From: Octopus sinensis
Lineage: Eukaryota
NCBI RefSeq assembly: GCF_006345805.1
Contig: NC_043003.1
Location: 85,684,001 to 85,748,000, forward strand
Direction: 5' to 3'
DNA length: 64,000 nt
Position 1 is the stretch's first letter, and each line of letters opens with the position of its first letter. The translations under genes and the position numbers were made by a program. Under the pieces are notes generated by a model, which was given only the letters and a program-made list of their open reading frames with translations, ran no database searches and was not told the origin of the DNA. Positions 13,101-28,890 of this stretch are shown here, in pieces.

Positions 13101-13311
13101 TGGACCTCTTCCTGTCAGGTGTCCCGGATGAACAAACTTCACGACAGGAGGTGCAGATGAGGGCAGCTACATCGAACTCTCTCATGCACCAAATGGCAGT
13201 TGCTAAAAAGCATTCGTGAAGTAAATTCATGTAGTAACAACAAATGGCGGTGCCCCAGCATGGCCACAGCTCGTGAGCTGAAACTAGATAAAATAAAAAA
13301 ATAAAATAAAA
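10170..13311 (+). mobile_element. CR1/L2-group LINE, 5'-truncated, ORF2 (APE + RT) broken by frameshifts and stops
   Basis: APE motifs LNIRGL, LTET, GDFNLP, LDLCFTN, SDH; RT motifs GPDG, YRPISL, QHGFRPGRSCLTQL, YLDFAKAF, GVPQG, YADD; 3' stem-loop and (AAAAT)n tail. Confidence 0.92.
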
Positions 13312-13716
13312 TATATATGTATATATGTGTGTGTATATATGTGTGCATATATGTATGTATATGTATATATATATGTGTATATATGTGTGCATATGTATAT
13401 ATGTATATATATGTGTGTATATATGTGTGCATATGTGTATATGTATATATATGTGTGTATATATGTGTGCATATGTATATATGTATGTATATATACGTAT
13501 ATATATACATATATTGGCCTGCTCGCTTAGCCAGCGGGGTGGCATCATTTAAAGGCTAAAACAATGCGAATCACATTGTGACCAGCGATGTGTAGCAACA
13601 TCTGATAGCCTGGTCGGTCACGTTGATATACATATATATATACATATGTATATATGTTTGTAAATATGTATGTATATATATATGTTTGTAAATATGTATG
13701 TATATATATATGTATG

Positions 13717-13766
<50 letters not shown>

Positions 13767-13782
13767 TATATGTATGTGTGTG

Positions 13783-14129
13783 AAAATCAAAATCAAAATC
13801 GTAATCTGATACCAGTGCCGGTGGCACGAAAGAAAACCATCCGAACGTGGCCGTAGCCAACACCGTCCGACTGGCCTCCGTGCCGGTGGCACGTAAAAAG
13901 CACCATCCGATCGTGGCCGTTTGCCAGTCTCGTCTGGCACCTGTGCCGGTGACACGTAAAAAGCACCCACTACACTCACGGAGTGGTTGGCGTTAGGAAG
14001 GGCATCCAGCTGTAGAAACACTGCCAGATCAGACTGGGCCTGGTGCAGCCTTCTGGCTTCCCAGACCCCAGTTGAACCGTCCAACCCATGCCAGCATGGA
14101 AAGCGGACGTTAAATGATGATGATGATGA
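13783..14129 (+). mobile_element. RTE-tailed retroposon with minisatellite
   Basis: aaaatcaaaatcaaaatc 5' end, 3-4 units, (GAT)n tail. Confidence 0.75.
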
Positions 14130-14189
14130 TATATATGTATGTTTATATATATGTATGTATATATATATACGTATGTATATATATATATG

Positions 14190-14229
<40 letters not shown>

Positions 14230-14297
14230 CATGTGTGTGTATATATGTATGCATGTGTGTGTATATATGTATGCATGTGTGTGTATATATGTATGCA

Positions 14298-14350
<53 letters not shown>

Positions 14351-14598
14351 CGTAGTACCACCATGTTGTTATTGATGAAATTAACCTCTCTGTCTATATA
14401 CCTACCGTCTTTGTAATTTTGACAAATGAAATAAGTATAAAAATGTGCATTCTCCGTTCAATTAAAAAATTCTATATGTGGCTGAAGATTGCTCGACATT
14501 TTAAAAACTGATGTAATACTTACAGTGTTTAATATAATGAAATAGCATGAAACGATTGTACTACACTACCTTGGATATCCTTGTTGCTTATTTTGATT

Positions 14599-14644
<46 letters not shown>

Positions 14645-15295
14645 CATACGCAAACGTTAGATGAGTTTCCACACAATTTCTATCCACCAAATTGTCTCAC
14701 AAGACGTTGGTCGGCTTGGGGCTATTGTACAAGACACTTGCCCAAGATGTGCTGTAAGATTGAATAAAAAATCACATGATTTTGAGGCGAACGTCTTAAC
14801 CACACAGACATTGTATTACAAAATTAGGATCATTCTTGATTGTCGGTCATGGAAACTTTTGTTAGGTAAGACTTTTTTCTATAGATTTGTTTCTGAATAG
14901 CATTCACGAAAGATTTTGTTAGGGAATGCCAGTCATGAAAGGGAAGAAATACTTTGGTTTCTGGCCATCTGAATTTGATTAATATTCCAGTATCATTTCC
15001 CATTCGAGAAGTATAGATAAGTTTTATCTCTTCTTTATAGTAAATAACTTAGTTAAGATGAATGCCAGTCGTCAAGCATCTATTATTTTCTCTGAAATTT
15101 AATAAGCTGTAAAGCAGTATTTTTGAATCATTTTGTTTTTGTCTTACACTCCACTTCGATTTTCACTCCTAAAGTACGTGTTCCCCATTATGAAAAGAAA
15201 ATGTTCGTATATAGCACACTTATATGCATATGATACATTTATGTATATTTAGCACATATATAAATAGCGTGTGTATGTGTGTGTGTATATATATA

Positions 15296-15510
15296 TGCTG
15301 AGACCCCCTTCGTCATGACTGACCATGGGACTGCACCTAGAAAGTTACCCTTCCAGGCACAAGTCCGGCAAGGTTGTTTCTGGAAGACCAGCAGTCACCC
15401 ATGCATACCGGCCTCCCCTCTTCACGCAACCAGTATTATGCAAGGGAAAGGCAAAGGGGCCGATACAGCTTGGCACCTGTGACGTCGCAACTCATTTCTA
15501 CAGCTGTGTG
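15296..15510. repeat. Interspersed repeat family D (second copy at 33405-33590)
   Basis: gacccccttcg...catgg...cctagaaagttaccc...ggaagaccagcagtc...gatacagcttggcacc shared between the two loci. Confidence 0.7.
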
Positions 15511-15978
15511 AACTCTACTGACAGACAGCAACTTCTACAGTACCAACTACGAACTACTATATAAAATGTAGCTGGATGTGTAGTAAATCCACTCTCTTGC
15601 TGCTTGTCAAAACGAGCGGGAAGTTCTCTCCACACCAGATGATTGATGAGGAAACGCTTGATCCCCAAGGAACTGTGCTGGTCAAGAAAAGGTTAGTCCT
15701 TTGTTCAGGGTTTGACCTACAGCACTGACCCTAGTCTATATAACAGAGCATTTCCTATTTCTTCCTCTTTTGTGTCAGCCAGACCAAGGAGCAGCAACGT
15801 CTTTTGCGTCAGCCATGACCAAGAGCAGCACTTTCCCTTCGCCCTTCGCTCAACATACGAAGAGAAGCTTTCGCCCGCAAGAAAGGCGATTGCCACCTTT
15901 ATTCTTTCTTCCTTTCTAGTTAGCACTGTGCATTATTTACTCTTTCACTCTCTACTGACAGAAAGCCACTTCTACGTT

Positions 15979-16295
<317 letters not shown>

Positions 16296-16380
16296 AAGTA
16301 TATAGTAAATTTACAATAATCTAGGACAGTTATAACTGCCTTCTCTACGAAAAAGTCTCGAAACTTCTGAATGCACCTCG

Positions 16381-16428
<48 letters not shown>

Positions 16429-16459
16429 CACAGCAGTTATATATAACAAACTTTACAAG

Positions 16460-16493
<34 letters not shown>

Positions 16494-16494
16494 A

Positions 16495-16757
16495 CGGGAA
16501 GCTTTATGAAAATAAACAAAAGACGAAGGCAGGTGGAATACAAACAAACAATTGTATTAGTATGGCGCGCAGGAATATAAATAAAACAAGTCTTTTACGT
16601 TTCGAGCCTACGATCTTCAACAGAAAGATACACAGAAAAGAAACACGGAGAGAAAAAAAAATGCGTGCAGAAGCTAGCAAATCAACATGGCGATCTGATT
16701 CCGGCCAGAAGTCAAAGATCAAACGTGAGACGCAAGAGCGAAAATAGGGGAGATAAC
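16495..16757 (-). mobile_element. Short PLE-derived element with a degenerate hammerhead (CTGTTGA...GCTCGAAACGTA at 16593-16626)
   Basis: Reverse complement aligns with 26330-26550 and 51540-51670. Confidence 0.6.
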
Positions 16758-16768
16758 AATATATATAT

Positions 16769-17067
16769 AGTGATGGCTTGTTGCTAATTCAATGTGGCAA
16801 TCCCAGGAAAAGGAAGAGTGTTACTGTTATTTAGCCCCAAGTAACACCTTTACGTGCTGGCTACGCGACACAAGCGTTCTGTGTCCTTAAGTTTTGAAAC
16901 AGGGGAGATAAGTACCTCCACCCAACAAAGCCAGCATCCAGAGACTTAAGGGCACAGAACGCTTGTGTTGCGTAATCAACACGAAACGGTGTTTCTTGGG
17001 GCTAAAGAACAGTAACATTCTTCCCTTTCCTGGGACTGCCACATTAAATTGGCAACAAGCCATCACT
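16769..17067. mobile_element. Fold-back MITE-like element, ~125-bp imperfect inverted arms
   Basis: agtgatggcttgttgc...ccttaagt versus acttaaggg...gcaacaagccatcact. Confidence 0.7.
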
Positions 17068-17213
17068 TTATCGTACTGTTACTGCATAACTCTCTCTCTG
17101 AGAGATTTAGAAATGTGATATATATATACACCAGCATCGGTTGTCAAGCGATGTTGGGGGAACAAACACAGACAGACAGACAGACAGACACTACATGTAA
17201 TATTACATATAGA

Positions 17214-17432
17214 GGCGTAGGAGTGGCTGTGTGGTAAGTAGCTTGTTTACCAACCACATGGTTCCGGGTTCAGTCCCACTGCGTGGCACCTTGGGCAAGT
17301 GTCTTCTACTATAGCCTCGGGCCGACTAAAGCCTTTTGAGTGGATTTGGTAGACGGAAACTGAAAGAAGCCCGTCGTATATATGTATATAGATGTATATA
17401 TATATAGATGTATATATATATGTATATATATG

Positions 17433-17503
<71 letters not shown>

Positions 17504-17726
17504 TGTGTGTGTGTGTATGTTTGTGTGTCTGTGTTTGTCCTCCAACATCGCTTGACAACCGATGCTGGTGTGTTTACGCTCTCGTAACTTAGTGGTTCGG
17601 CAAAAGAGAGACCGATAGAATAAGTACTAGGCTTACAAAGAATACATCCTGGGGTCGATTTTCTCGACTTAAAGGCGGTGCTCCAGCATGGCCACAGTCA
17701 AATGACTGAAACAAGTAAAAGAATAA
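17214..17726 (+). mobile_element. tRNA-SINE family A, full length (tRNA head, CORE-like domain, central microsatellite, CR1-like tail)
   Basis: tggctgtgtggtaag A box, ggttcagtccc B-like box, gcaccttgggcaagtgtctt core, 3' hairpin. Confidence 0.85.
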
Positions 17727-18289
17727 AGGAATATATAATATACACATACACATACAAACACAAAAGTTTCAATCTAAACGTTATTGCATGTTTTACTCAC
17801 ATCTCACTTGCGTTCCAAACTGAAATCCCCCCCACACCCCCGCAAAATATTACCATGCCCCACCTTGAGGAACCCTGCTCCAAAGCTGTATAACCTGTAA
17901 CATTTCTGTTCAGTGTTCTTATATACAAGGATAGAAAAACGAAAACAATATAACTTTGAATGACAACAAATAAATTAAGTTAGACTGAATCACTATGCGA
18001 AGATAATATAATTTTAGGTTTTTGAATATTCTTTCGTGTTCAGCGGCCGAGACTTATTGACTATATTTTAAAATCTCTCAGCTCGTTGGTTTATTGAATT
18101 TGTCACGATCTGACGAGGGAAAAATATCTATAGTATCAAGATAAAATCTCTTCAAAATAAGAAAAAAAAAAAAAGTAAAACTCAAAATAGGCTTTATTTA
18201 GATATTATGGAAGTTAATTCTTTGCTTTTATACCGCGATTGACAGCACATTTATTTTCATTTCTAATGAAGTGAAATAAAGTTTTTCTG

Positions 18290-18795
18290 GCATGCATTTG
18301 CAATTTCTTGGTTATCTGTTTACTTGTATCAGTCATTGGAATGCGGCGATAATGAGGCACCGCCCTAAAGCAAATCGACTCCAGCGCATCTTCTCTGTTT
18401 TTTTTTGTTTTTTTTTCCAAAATCCTGGTACTTATTCTATCGTTTTCTTTTGCTGAACCGCTAAGTTGCAGGGACGTAAACTAATCAACACAAGTTGTCA
18501 AACGGTGGCGAGAGACAAACACAAGCTCTCTCTGTCTGTCTCTTTCTCTGTCTGTTTCTCTCTCTGTCTGTCTCGCTCTGTCTCTCTCTGTCCCTCTCTC
18601 TCTGTCTCTCTCTCACACACACACATACACAAGTACAAATACATGCACACACATTCATATACACAAACATATACGAAGGGCTTCTTTCAGTTTCTATTTA
18701 CCAAATCCACTCGCAAGGCTTTGGTCGACCCGAGGCTATATAGTAGATGGCACTTGCCAAGGTGACACGCGTGGTTGAGAAGCAAATTCCTTATC
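18290..18795 (-). mobile_element. Decayed tRNA-SINE family A
   Basis: Reverse-complement similarity to both halves of the family. Confidence 0.6.
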
Positions 18796-19477
18796 ACACA
18801 GCAGCGACTGCACTTTTTTTGAGAAAATAATTAATATTTCCTTGTAAATAGTATTTTGAAACTAGCAGTATTATCAACATTGCAAACCTAATCTTTCACT
18901 CCGACGGAGGAGGACGGGGAAAGCCTCTACATGATCGCTCTACCTGCTAGAAGGAACGACCAAATTTTCCTCAAATTACGCTCTCCTGTCTTAAAAATGG
19001 ATGGACAGCATTTTGGATAACACAGTTTTAGTGGATATTATTGTTGACGAAGAAGCCACAATGAAAAACTGAGAAAATAAATATTTCAATAATTTTGTAG
19101 TAAAGCTAAAGGTCAGTATAGATGATTTATAGTAGTAATATTTTTTATTTTATATTGTGAAATAAAGGCTAGTTGAATGGCGGAGAGAATTGAGGGATGT
19201 CAAATAAACATAGGCCAGATAGCACAAAACCTTCGGTTGCAAATAAAAATATCTCTAAAGAGAGCCAATATCCGAGGTTTTTATAGGTTTACAAAATGAT
19301 TCCAGAAAATTTAGGTGCGAAAACTGAGTTTCCTGTTTAGCCCGTCAAACCGACGCCAAACACGATTGGCTGCAAAACATGTGACTAAGCGTACCGATAA
19401 TGTTCAAAAGTTGAAAGGTTTTGTAGCAAGCTTTACTTAATATTACCAAGTATGAAAATATTTGTTTCGAATTATGG

Positions 19478-19650
19478 CACAAGGCCAGCAGTTTCTGGGA
19501 AGGGGCTAAGTCGATTACATCGACTCCAGTGAATCTACTGGTACTTATTTTATCTACTCCAAAAGGATGAAAAGCAAAGTTGACTTCGGCGGAATTTGAA
19601 CTCAGAACGAAAGACGGGTGAAATGCCGCTAAAACATTTCGCCCGGTGTC
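19478..19650 (-). mobile_element. tRNA-SINE family B (Deu/Nin-like core)
   Basis: Reverse complement of gagttcaaattccgccgaagtcaactttgcttttcatcc...aagtaccagt. Confidence 0.6.
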
Positions 19651-19890
19651 TCATAATCAGTTAAGTTCTGGAATGTTTGTCCATTAGATATTTGTCCACA
19701 TGGAGTTGAGTTCAGACAGAAACACGACAATACATCTTACTCTCCTGGTGGCTAAAAAACTTATCCGCGTCTGGTGACAAGCAGTAATGTGTATCTATGC
19801 GCTAGGCAAAGTGGTTGGCTACATTAACCAAATCACGCATAGATGGATAACTGTTCCGCCAAAGGGAAATATTGCTCCTATATATATATA

Positions 19891-19923
<33 letters not shown>

Positions 19924-20715
19924 AACAAAAATCGAAAACGGGCATAATAGGCGAAAAGAAACCGAATACGATTTAATTCAGTGGGCATGCTGAGGGAACA
20001 GAGGAGTTGCTTTAGTGGGAATGGAACTCCCTTTAGGCGTTTTAAAAAATAGCACAAGAGAGAGATCCACAAAAAGCTTTTTCATAAATTCATATACTAA
20101 TGTGTAAGTTTGTACATCTTTCATTGTTATAACTGTATTTATGTGATGGTGTTGATGGTGATAATGTGTGCACGCGTGTGTGCGTGCGTATGTGTGTGTG
20201 TGTGTGTTTGCTGCAAGTACGCTTTTTCGTTTTGTCATTCAGAAATGGCCAAACAATTTATTCTATCGTGTATAGTAATGAACACAATTGTTCCGTTTTG
20301 AGGCTTTTAATTGAGACAATTTTCTTGAGATATTTTTCATGCTCAAGATCATGAAACAATTTATTGTGATACTGCAGAGCTTAGATTTTAGGAAGCAAAA
20401 TAAAAGACAAAAAATCTCTACCCCACCCCCCAAAATTAACAAACAAACAAATAAGAAGCATGCATACAAAATAAACGGGATTCGAATTGATTAATAAACC
20501 AGTGTGCACACAATCTAAATAAAAAAATAAATAAATAAAATAAAAAATAAATAAATATTAAATAAATAAATAAAATAAAATAAAATAAATGAATATATAA
20601 AATAAATAAATATATAAAATAAATATATAAAATAAATATATAAAATAAATAAATAAAATAAATAAATAAATAAAGTAAATAAAAAAAGGTAAGAGGGAGT
20701 TTAAAACACTTATTT

Positions 20716-20800
20716 CAGTGGCGTAGCTTATAGGGGAGCAGAGGGAGCAATTGTGCCCCCCCCCGGCACAATTTTTAAAATTGGCGCCCTTTCAACAAGT
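20716..20800 (+). mobile_element. Possible single terminus of a hAT-like DNA element
   Basis: cagtggcgtagc start plus GC-rich subterminal inverted motif; no matching other end found. Confidence 0.3.
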
Positions 20801-21109
20801 TTTTAAAACTCTATAAGTTCACGTGTGCCATAAGAGTAGAAGCTCCTTTTTGTTTTGTTAAACTCATGGGCTTGGAAGAACTTTCTGTAGACATTACTTT
20901 AACTGTCTGCTCAATCTCCTGTGATGTATTTGTGGTCGCTGGCACAAAACAAACCCTTTCAGCACTGGACGATCCCCTGGAGTTTCATCTTTTCCACACC
21001 GCACCTACACCAGTAGTTGTAAGATTCATACATAATGACATTGTTACTGAAACATAAAATTAATGAATGTAGATAGAATACAATTACGTATATTATAACG
21101 AATGAAATA

Positions 21110-21519
21110 GGATCTTTTCGGTTTGAACGGCAGTTTTTTCTAGCGGTGTCACCCATAATTATGACCCTAGTATCGATCTATTGCATTTCAATCTATTTTA
21201 GGGTTAGTTAGTTAGGGTTAGGGGAGGGGGGAAGGGTATCTTTCTTTCTTCACAAATGTAAATAAACCCAATCTGTTTCTTAAACGAGGGACATATTCAT
21301 ACGGCACAGAATGTTGTTTACCTCAATGGACGTCAGTGATTGGTTGAAATTGCAGAAACTGAAGAAAAAACAACAAATATCTTACAAACTATAGAATTTT
21401 CTCAATAAAGCCAAGAGAAAAAGATGTTTTATAAACACATTCTACCAGTATACGAAGTTAAAAATTTTTTAGTTACCTAGAAATTATGTTAAAAACTGCC
21501 GTTCAAACCGAAAAGATCC
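21110..21519. mobile_element. Merlin-like MITE, 410 bp
   Basis: 28-bp TIR ggatcttttcggtttgaacggcagtttt; 8-bp TSD ATGAAATA (21102-21109 and 21520-21527); GG termini. Confidence 0.85.
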
Positions 21520-21963
21520 ATGAAATATTTTGCGTAATATGAAAGAAATGAGTTAAAAATTGCTTGATATATGTTTTTATGCCCTCACTCTCACCGAGTT
21601 TAGAACCTTGCCACGTCTCTGTGCTGAAGGCATTACATTCTGATTCGTCTCTTCGGGTTCGATGCTGTCAGTAAGTGGTCCTATTCTGGCAATATGTATT
21701 AAATCAACAATGACATCAACTCATAAATTTCTGTCAGTGAAGAAGTAAAGGAAAAAAGTTAATATTTATTGCAAACCCTATGTATGTGTGTATGTATGTA
21801 TGTATGTATGTATGTATGTATGTATGTATGCATGCATGTATGTATGTATGCATGTATGTCTTCGTGTGAGGTCCTGCTCCGCTTAGTCTATTCTATTCTT
21901 CTATGACATGATAGAAGAACAGAATGAGTTAAGTGGAGCAGTAGCACACACGAGGACGGAAAA

Positions 21964-22008
21964 TGTCGCTGAAGAGGTCACAGATGTGTGACGAAAGATT
22001 TCCAGACA
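21964..22008 (+). ncRNA. Minimal type I hammerhead ribozyme, core intact, stems I and III decayed
   Basis: tgtcg-CTGAAGA-g-GTCACA gatg TGTGAC-GAAA-gatttc-cagaca. Confidence 0.55.
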
Positions 22009-22209
22009 ATGGACATGAGTTAAAACAAGAACAGTAATAAGCGAGTGAAAGATGAATATATAGTGCGTGTGTTTATTTGGCAAAAAAAAAAAGGAACAAA
22101 ATCTGTTTCACACACGGTTTCACATCAGAAATATTGCAACACACATTCATAAACGTATACATATGCATACTTACAGATTCATATATACTCAGATGTATAT
22201 AGATTTGTG

Positions 22210-22282
<73 letters not shown>

Positions 22283-23287
22283 ACACAGACACACACACAC
22301 CTAAATAATTATAATTTTATTAATATCTCTCTCTCTATATGTATGTATGCATGTATGTATGTATGTGTGTATGTATGTATGTATGTATGTGTGTATGTAT
22401 GTATGTATGTATGTATGTATGTATGTATGTATGTATGTATGTATGTATGTTCGATTCACGGCAGCGCGTAGTGTTCTTGAGCAAGAGACTTTATTTCACG
22501 TCGCCCCAGTCCACTTAACTGTAAATAAATGAGTACTAATTGTATTTTAAATGTCCAACCTTGTCACATTTTGTGTCACGCTGAATCTCCATGAGAAATA
22601 CGTTAAGGGTATGCATGTCTGTGAAGTGTTCAGCCACTTGCGAGTTAATTTCACAAACCGTCTGTTCCGTTGATCGGATCAACTGGAACCCTCGTTTTCG
22701 TAACAGACGACGTACAAGTTTTTAGGTGTGAATTTGCGTTGAAAGGTTAAAACTTTATATCAACGAATACAAAATATAAAAAAAAAACCGTAAACCACTA
22801 GAATAATCAATGACAGAGCAGCAATATAATAGGCAATCACTAAACACATGAAGCAAACCAACCTATAGACAGATGCAAGAGAATACTTGCATCAAATGAA
22901 TAAGAATATATACCACCATACTGAGTTGTAACACGTCTTGACTCTTGTCACGATATAAACATTACGTTTCAATAAATGTATGTATGTATGTATGTATGTA
23001 TGTATGTATGTATGTATGTATGTATGTATGTATGTATGTATGTATGTATGTGTATGTATGTATGTATTTGTACATACGAAATGTATAAGTATACAAACAC
23101 ACATGTATGCGTACGTGTATATATATTTATATATATATATATATATATATATCCAATTTGTCTCTATCATTTACGCATTTATCATAGTCAGTACTCCTTT
23201 CACTCATTTGTAATGAATGATTTATGAAACACTTAAAATTATTTTCGTGCACCTTTGATTCAATCAGATGTATTTTGTGGAATACGT

Positions 23288-23326
<39 letters not shown>

Positions 23327-23525
23327 CGCACGCCCACATACATTTACATATGCATAATTATACTTATATATTTACATGCATAGAGATATGATGTATTTGT
23401 GAGTAAATATGTATCTACGCATACATATATACCTACATATTTATATAAACATATTGATGGATATGTGTATATACATGTGCATATTTATGTGTGTGTGTGA
23501 GCGTGTGCGTGTGTGTGTATATATA

Positions 23526-26260
<2,735 letters not shown>

Positions 26261-26320
26261 CTCATTAGGTTATTTTTGTATTATCTGAAATAGAATATCC
26301 GCATATCGATTAATCCTCCA

Positions 26321-26329
<9 letters not shown>

Positions 26330-26356
<27 letters not shown>

Positions 26357-26550
26357 ACGCCATGATAGATCGTTAGCCACTACAAACATTTTTTTCTCTC
26401 CTTGTTTTTTCTGTGTCCCTTTCTGTAGGAGAGCGTAGGCTCGAAACGTAAAAGACTTTTCTATTCCTGAGCGTTTTACTAATACATCTGTTTGTTTTGT
26501 ACACCACCTGTCTTCGTCTTTTGTTTTTTTTCGTAAACTCTCCCTATATA
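26330..26550 (+). mobile_element. Short PLE-derived element with a degenerate hammerhead (26420-26453)
   Basis: ttCTGTAGGA GAGC gtag GCTC GAAACGT Aaaa; flanked by TA tracts. Confidence 0.6.
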
Positions 26551-27471
26551 TAAATATATACATATTTCTGTCATTATATATATGACATTATGTATATGAC
26601 ATTATGTATATGACATTATGTATATAATCGTATACACACATATACATGTGCGTGCATGCATGTATATATCATATATGTATGAGTATAAGTTGGTGTGTGT
26701 ACTGTTTAAACAATTTTTTTTATCAGTCTCAATATTGTTTATGGTTGTGTGAAGTAAATACTAAACTTGTATTTATACTAATTCAGTCAGCAATGTCACT
26801 CCTCTAGCAACTTGTCACTGTCAAAAAGTCAAAAGTCAAAATCAAAAACACAAACAAAACAAATAATAAAAATCAAAACAAAATAGTGTATGTACACATA
26901 GGCAATTGATATTGTAGATATATATGAGTACATATATGTAAATATACATTCATACGCACGCACGCACACACACACACATTACATACATACCCCCTATATT
27001 TATTTATATATGTAAATGTGTGTAACTATATATAAACATATAGACATACGAACGCACGCAAACATACTGATATATAACCAAACGATGGCAGTCTACTTTT
27101 AATATAATAAATATATCTATTCACTGTACCCAACATATTGTGTTCTATAATCAGTCATTGTCTGCGCTATGTAAAAGATATTTTTATATATTTTACAATG
27201 ATATATTTTACTTTATGATACACCCATCCCCCACACAAGTATGCACAAACACACAAGCATGCGCGCGCACACAATGTAGATTTCGAGTTGACTAAGACTT
27301 TAAGTTTTACTTATCGATTTATTCGACCAGCGAAGACAATAATTTTTTCGTGTTTATAGCGGTGATTTTTGTAATACTTAGATTAAAAAAATGCAGAAAT
27401 ATTCGAAAACAATTACGTTATCCATTTATAAGATTACTTTTCAAAATACCACCGAAGCCCATAAAAACTTT

Positions 27472-28344
27472 GGATCTTTACCCTTTGACCGGCAGGTTTA
27501 GAAAATAATTTTTTGTAACTAAACACTTTCAAACTTCGTATACTGGTAGAATGTGTCATATAAAACATCTTTTACTCTTAGCGTTTTTGAGAAAACTTTA
27601 TATTTACGAAGTTATTTCGTGTTAAAATTGTCGTATTTCGGTAATTTCAACCAATCAATGGCGTGTATTCGGCTGAATAAAATTACAGCCGTTGTTTGTC
27701 AACAACAACTTCCAGCGGTGTATATTTCGTTTGTCACTGTTATTTATGACATATTTCATCTCAGTTACGTTTGTATGAATAAATGAGTGTATCTGAAGCA
27801 TGTTTACTTCATGGCACCACCATAATCGATCGTGCATTTCTACTGCTTTTAGTTTTTTTCTGTTTTTTAGCTACTATTGTCGGAAAGACTTTTCCCCTAT
27901 CCCAACCCCACAATCTCTTCATTTTTCATTTTTTCCGTAACTCCAACTCTAAAATCCCAACCCTAACTCTAACCCTAAAATCTTAACCCTAACCCTAACT
28001 CTAAAGCCCTAACTCTAACCCTAACCCTAAAACCCTAACCCTAACCCTAAAACTGTAAAGCTAAAACCAGTACAAACGCACGAACGATGTCATAAATAAC
28101 AGTGACAAACGAAATATACAAACAACAGCAGTAATTTTATTCAGCCGAATAATTTTATTCATTGATTGGTTAAAATTACCGAAATACGAGAATTTTAACA
28201 CGAAATAACTTCGTAAATATAAAGTTTTCTCAAAAACGCTAAGAGTAAAAAATGTTTTATATGTGAAATTCTACCAGTATACGAAGTTTGAAAGTGTTTA
28301 GTTACAAAAAATTATTTTCTAAATCTGCCGGTCAAAAGGTATCC
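27472..28344. mobile_element. Merlin-like long-TIR element (873 bp) with internal (TAACCC)n
   Basis: ~280-bp inverted arms, GGAT termini, 8-bp TSD AAAACTTT (27464-27471 and 28345-28352); subterminal attctaccagtatacgaagtt shared with 21110-21519. Confidence 0.85.
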
Positions 28345-28579
28345 AAAACTTTTAATTTATTACGGAGATGTACTTGCATAGCAAGTGACCTAATCTAAGA
28401 TCGTGTGCTGGAACGAAAACAATTGCAGCGATGAAGATGTTTATAAGCTATTTAAGAAACACACAAAAACCATTAGATTCACTTCAACATTTAAATTTAA
28501 TTTGCCAAAATATTTTCGTCGCTTTGAGACAGCGACCTGTTCACTGACAAAATTCCGTGCTACTTTTAATTTAATTTCA

Positions 28580-28890
28580 TGGATATTACACTGATGCTAG
28601 ATAATTCAATACACCGTCCATATAGAAAACCCTAACGAAAATGAAATACATTAAAACGTTGTCTAACCACCCGAAGAATAGTTATTTATAATTTCGTCCA
28701 AACATACTGAAAATTTCTCCATTATTCCGTAGTGAAACTGTCACATCATTAAAACAAAGCCTTTAAAATGTGGCTACACAGAAGAAATCAAATATTACAT
28801 TGACACAATAAAACTACATCTTAAGAATAGAAATAGGAAAAAGCACATTTCACCAAGCAATCTATAAGCAAAACTCCAACAGCGGAAACA
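28580..28890 (+). pseudogene. Heavily decayed PLE reverse-transcriptase thumb region
   Basis: Frame-hopping peptides DITLMLDNSIHRPYRKP, KYIKTLSNHPKN, LKCGYTEEIKY, KNRNRKKHI match the PLE RT C-terminal pattern. Confidence 0.55.

Noticed and set aside
19220-19440. Promoter with CCAAT boxes
   Set aside because: No associated coding exons; motifs this short are expected by chance
20866-21060. Minus-strand exon near the hAT-like end
   Set aside because: No single open frame between plausible splice sites and no recognisable protein motif
27955-28050. Telomere or chromosome-fusion site
   Set aside because: Short degenerate TAACCC tract enclosed by the TIRs and TSD of a transposon
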